A program made the position numbers and the translations under genes. A stretch of 64,000 bases of DNA, taken from positions 1,952,001 to 2,016,000 of the forward strand of contig OZ243916.1 of assembly GCA_965213675.1 (NCBI GenBank), written 5' to 3'. Numbering within the stretch: position 1 is the first letter of the stretch; each line of letters starts with the position of its first letter. Under the pieces are notes generated by a model, which was not told where the DNA came from, searched no databases, and worked only from the letters and a program-made list of their open reading frames with translations. The stretch comes from an uncultured Candidatus Binatia bacterium. GTDB lineage: Bacteria; Desulfobacterota; Binatia; UBA9968; JAJDTQ01. Positions 60,930 through 64,000 of the stretch are shown in pieces.

Positions 60930-61805
60930 TCAGGACGCGCCCCTGCGCCCCTGTTCCTCACGGCCCGCCTTGAGCACGTGCTCCACGACCAAGCCGGGAA
61001 TGTTGACGCCGGTGGTGTCGATGCTGTTGCGGAACTCCATGGTGTAGTTGACCTCGTTGACCAGCAGGCCGCCGGGAGTTTCAAACAGGTCCACGGCGAC
61101 GATGCCGCCGCCCACGGCCCGGCCCGCGCGCACCGAAAGGTCTCGCAGTTCGTCCGTCAGCGGACAGTTCTCGGCGCGCCCGCCCCGCGCCGTGTTGGTG
61201 ATCCAGTGATCGCTGTAGCGGTAGATGGCGGCCACGCACTCGTCACCGATGACGAAGCTGCGGATGTCGCGCCCGGCTTTTTTTTCGACGTACTGCTGGA
61301 TGTAGAAGATGGAGTGATGGTAGCTGCCCAGGATCGCCTTGTGCTCCAGGATCGTCTCCGCCGCGTCGCGGTCGTTGACCTTGGCCAGCAGCCGGCCCCA
61401 GGAGCCCACCGCGGGCTTCAGCACCACCGGGTAGCCCATTTCCTCGATGGCCTGCAGAGTGGATTCCTCGGTGAAGGCGATGCGCACCTCGGGCTGCGGC
61501 ACGCCGTGCTCTTGCAGGTGCACCGAGGTGAGGATCTTGTCGCCGCACACCGTCGCCACCGACGACGCGTTCACGCAGCGCACGCCGGCGCTCTCGAACA
61601 GCCGCAGGCCGTGCAGCGCCCGTGAGTGGTTGATGCAGCGCTCCAGCAGCACGTCCAGGTCGAACTCGTCCCTGCCCAGGTTGAACGAGAGCTTCCGGTC
61701 GTCGATCATCTGAAGCTCCACGTCGGGATGCTTCCGGAACTCCTTGATGAGAAGCTTCTCCTCGGGCCGGACCAATGAGTGCAGCAGACCGATCTTCAAG
61801 CTCAT
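60930..61805 (-). CDS. lysX: Alpha-aminoadipate-LysW ligase (ATP-grasp)
   Basis: [43 protein letters not shown]; ATGA overlap with lysW. Confidence 0.93.
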   Translation of the reverse strand: MSLKIGLLHSLVRPEEKLLIKEFRKHPDVELQMIDDRKLSFNLGRDEFDLDVLLERCINHSRALHGLRLFESAGVRCVNASSVATVCGDKILTSVHLQEHGVPQPEVRIAFTEESTLQAIEEMGYPVVLKPAVGSWGRLLAKVNDRDAAETILEHKAILGSYHHSIFYIQQYVEKKAGRDIRSFVIGDECVAAIYRYSDHWITNTARGGRAENCPLTDELRDLSVRAGRAVGGGIVAVDLFETPGGLLVNEVNYTMEFRNSIDTTGVNIPGLVVEHVLKAGREEQGRRGAS

Positions 61806-61966
61806 TCCCCCCAGTCTTCCTCTTCCGAGGGCGCTTCTTCCACCGCCGGAGGATCGAGGCTCGTGACCTCCAGCTCGGTGCCGCAGTCGGCGCAGGCGAT
61901 CAACTCGCCCTCCACCGCGTCGTCCTCCAATTTGAACTCCGCTCCGCAAACCGGACACTCAACCAT
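61802..61966 (-). CDS. lysW: Amino-group carrier protein LysW (54 aa, absent from the ORF track)
   Basis: Hand translation [54 protein letters not shown]: two CxxC and the EDWGE C-terminus; GGAGG RBS. Confidence 0.97.
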   Translation of the reverse strand: MVECPVCGAEFKLEDDAVEGELIACADCGTELEVTSLDPPAVEEAPSEEEDWGE

Positions 61967-62098
61967 CAGCGGATACCTCCCTCGTCAAGAACTGATCCAA
62001 TGAAGCACATCCTTCGATTTCACCTCGTTCGTCATTTCTGGCGGCGGCCACCCCCGTCAATCCTGGCCTCCCCTTCCGTCACTCCCTTCCTCCCTCCT

Positions 62099-62191
62099 GT
62101 CATTTCCGCGAAAGCGGGAATCCAGGCGGGGTGGTGGAAAGTGCTGCCCAACCCCGATCCGCTCCCGGATTCCCGCTTTCGCGGAAATGAC
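62099..62191. repeat. REP/dRS3-like inverted pair upstream of lysW
   Basis: Perfect 25-bp inverted repeat GTCATTTCCGCGAAAGCGGGAATCC at 62099-62123 and 62167-62191, with degenerate arms out to about 62030-62232. Confidence 0.85.
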
Positions 62192-62261
62192 GGGGGGAGG
62201 CGGGATTGACAGGAGGAGAGGCGGGAATGACGATACGGACGTCGGCGGATCGCTGGTGTCG

Positions 62262-63650
62262 TTACGACGGCACGGCCTTTGCAACCGTGATGATGGCGTT
62301 TCGCAAGATCCCAACGATATCGTCGATCTGCTCATTCGTGACCACCAGCGGCGGACACACCGCCAAGGCGTGAGTGCCGCATACCCTCAGCAGCAGCCCG
62401 TTGGCGAGGCACTCGTCGCAGACCTGCCGGGGCACCTGTTGCTCCGCCGCAAAGGGCTCCCTGGTCGCCTTGTCCTTGACCAGCTCCACCGCGGCGATGA
62501 GGCCCTTGCCACGCACCTGGCCCACCATGGGCAGTTCCGCCAGCGCCGCCAGTCGTTCCTGCATGTACGCGCCCACCTCCGCCGCCCGCTCCACCAGCCG
62601 CTCCCGCTCGATAATGTCCAGATTGGCCAGCGCCGCCGCGCATGCCACCGGATGTCCGGTGTAGGTAAAGCCGTGGTAGAACGCGTCGTCGGCCGTACCC
62701 AGCAATGTCTGGAAGATCTCTTCCCGGAACAGCATGGCGCCCAGCGGCAGGTAGCCGCTGGTGAGGCCTTTGGCCGTCACCAGCACGTCCGGGGTGACGC
62801 CCTCGCCCGCGCACGCAAACAGGCTCCCGGTGCGCCCGAATCCGGTGATCACCTCGTCGCAGACCATCAGGATGCCATGCCGGTGGCAAATCTCCCGGAT
62901 GCGCGCCAGCCAGCCTTGGGGCGGCACGATGACCCCGCCCACCCCCTGCACCGGCTCGGCGACGAAGGCGGCGATGCTGTCCGGGCCGTACCGCTCCACA
63001 AGCCGTTCCAGCTCGCCGGCGCAGGCGAGCTCGCAGTCCGGCCAGGTCTTGCCCAGCTCGCACCGGTAGCAGTGGGGCCGTGCCATGTGATGCACATCCG
63101 GCAGGCCCGGTTCCATCTGCCGGTTGAAGAGCGGGATGCCGGTCAACATGGCGGCGCCGCTCGACGAGCCATGATAGCCCTGGTTGAGGGTGACGAAACG
63201 CGTCCGCCCCGGTTGGCCCTGGGCCTTCCAGTAGGCCCGCACCAGCCGGATCATGCTCTCGTTGGTCTCCGAGCCGCCCGAGGTGAACATCACGCGGGTG
63301 AGCCCTTCCGGCGCCATCTCCGCAAGCCTCGAAGCCAACCGGATGGTGGGTTCCGAGGTAGGGCCGATGAGCGTGGGCGCGTAGGCGAGACGGTCCATCT
63401 GGTGCGCCACCGCGCGGGTGATCTCTTTGCGGCCATGGCCCACGTGGACGTTCCACAGGGTGGAGAGACCGTCGATGTAGCGCTTGCCGAGGGCGTCCAG
63501 GAAATAGACGCCTTCCGCGCGCACGAACACCGGCACGCCCTCCGCCTGGTGCCGCGAGAGCGGCACGAAGCCGTGGACGAGATGGTCCCGATCGGCCCGG
63601 CTCATGGCCGCGGCGCGTTCGAGATCGACGGGGTCCTGGAAGTCCATCAT
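62262..63650 (-). CDS. Class III PLP aminotransferase (omega-amine/putrescine type)
   Basis: SGGSETNE, GYHG, AEPVQGVGG, DEVITGFGRTG, AKGLTSGYLPLG, HGFTYTGHP. Confidence 0.92.
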   Translation of the reverse strand: MMDFQDPVDLERAAAMSRADRDHLVHGFVPLSRHQAEGVPVFVRAEGVYFLDALGKRYIDGLSTLWNVHVGHGRKEITRAVAHQMDRLAYAPTLIGPTSEPTIRLASRLAEMAPEGLTRVMFTSGGSETNESMIRLVRAYWKAQGQPGRTRFVTLNQGYHGSSSGAAMLTGIPLFNRQMEPGLPDVHHMARPHCYRCELGKTWPDCELACAGELERLVERYGPDSIAAFVAEPVQGVGGVIVPPQGWLARIREICHRHGILMVCDEVITGFGRTGSLFACAGEGVTPDVLVTAKGLTSGYLPLGAMLFREEIFQTLLGTADDAFYHGFTYTGHPVACAAALANLDIIERERLVERAAEVGAYMQERLAALAELPMVGQVRGKGLIAAVELVKDKATREPFAAEQQVPRQVCDECLANGLLLRVCGTHALAVCPPLVVTNEQIDDIVGILRNAIITVAKAVPS

Positions 63651-63742
63651 CCGCTCCGAAGTGTCACGTTCAATGAATCCAGCGGGCTGGAAGGACACCG
63701 CTCTCCCGATCCGTCATTCCCGCTTCCCCCACGGCCGTGGCC

Positions 63743-64000
63743 TCAAAGCCCATAGTAGCGCTTGGGGTTGTCGCACAGGATCTTCTTGCGCAACTCCGGC
63801 TTCACGTCCTCGCGGGCGAAGAAGTCCGGCAGATCGTGGAAGAACTCCGAACGGGCGCGCTCGTGGGGATAGTCCGAGGCCCACAGCACCTGATCGCCGC
63901 CGAGCCTCTCCAGCACGTAGGGAAGCGCCTTTTCGTCGATTTCGCAGGTAAAGAAGATGTTGCCTCCGCGAATGATGTCGCTGGGGCGCTGCTTCACCGT
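63743..64000 (-). CDS. Amidohydrolase family 2 protein, C-terminal part
   Basis: WASDYPH, KILCDNPKRYYGL; the 5' part lies beyond the window. Confidence 0.85.
   Translation of the reverse strand, partial: TVKQRPSDIIRGGNIFFTCEIDEKALPYVLERLGGDQVLWASDYPHERARSEFFHDLPDFFAREDVKPELRKKILCDNPKRYYGL

Noticed and set aside
62262-63650. Class III aminotransferase as a member of the LysW cluster
   Set aside because: Separated from lysW by about 300 bp of repeats, belongs to the omega-amine subfamily, and LysJ is already present; linkage is possible but unsupported.

Overview
High-GC Gram-negative bacterial chromosome segment; gene order and content resemble Deltaproteobacteria-like lineages such as Binatota (inference only). 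1-27 kb is core housekeeping: psd (partial), ilvCNB, tsaB, rseP-dxr-cdsA-uppS, frr-pyrH-tsf-rpsB, rho, ribF, tol-pal, pgk-tpiA-secG-tRNA-Leu(GAG), yggT/yggS, slt. 27-64 kb is mostly accessory metabolism and transport. Three loci stand out. (1) A LysW amino-group-carrier operon (lysW-lysX...lysY-lysZ-lysJ) has no lysK in the window but carries a translationally coupled EgtC-like Ntn hydrolase, a candidate new carrier-release enzyme. (2) A selenoneine-type senA-senB pair has no senC/selD beside it and is preceded by a GH84 O-GlcNAcase; egtD lies 22 kb away, coupled to a CCG Fe-S oxidoreductase. (3) A lower-GC two-gene insert (STAND-class NTPase with an unrecognised N-terminal half, plus an unknown partner) splits the lysW operon and is a candidate defence system. 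At least three small palindromic repeat families are present, including a 165-bp MITE-like element whose isolated ends coincide with three stop codons. All calls come from motif recognition by eye; no database searches were run.
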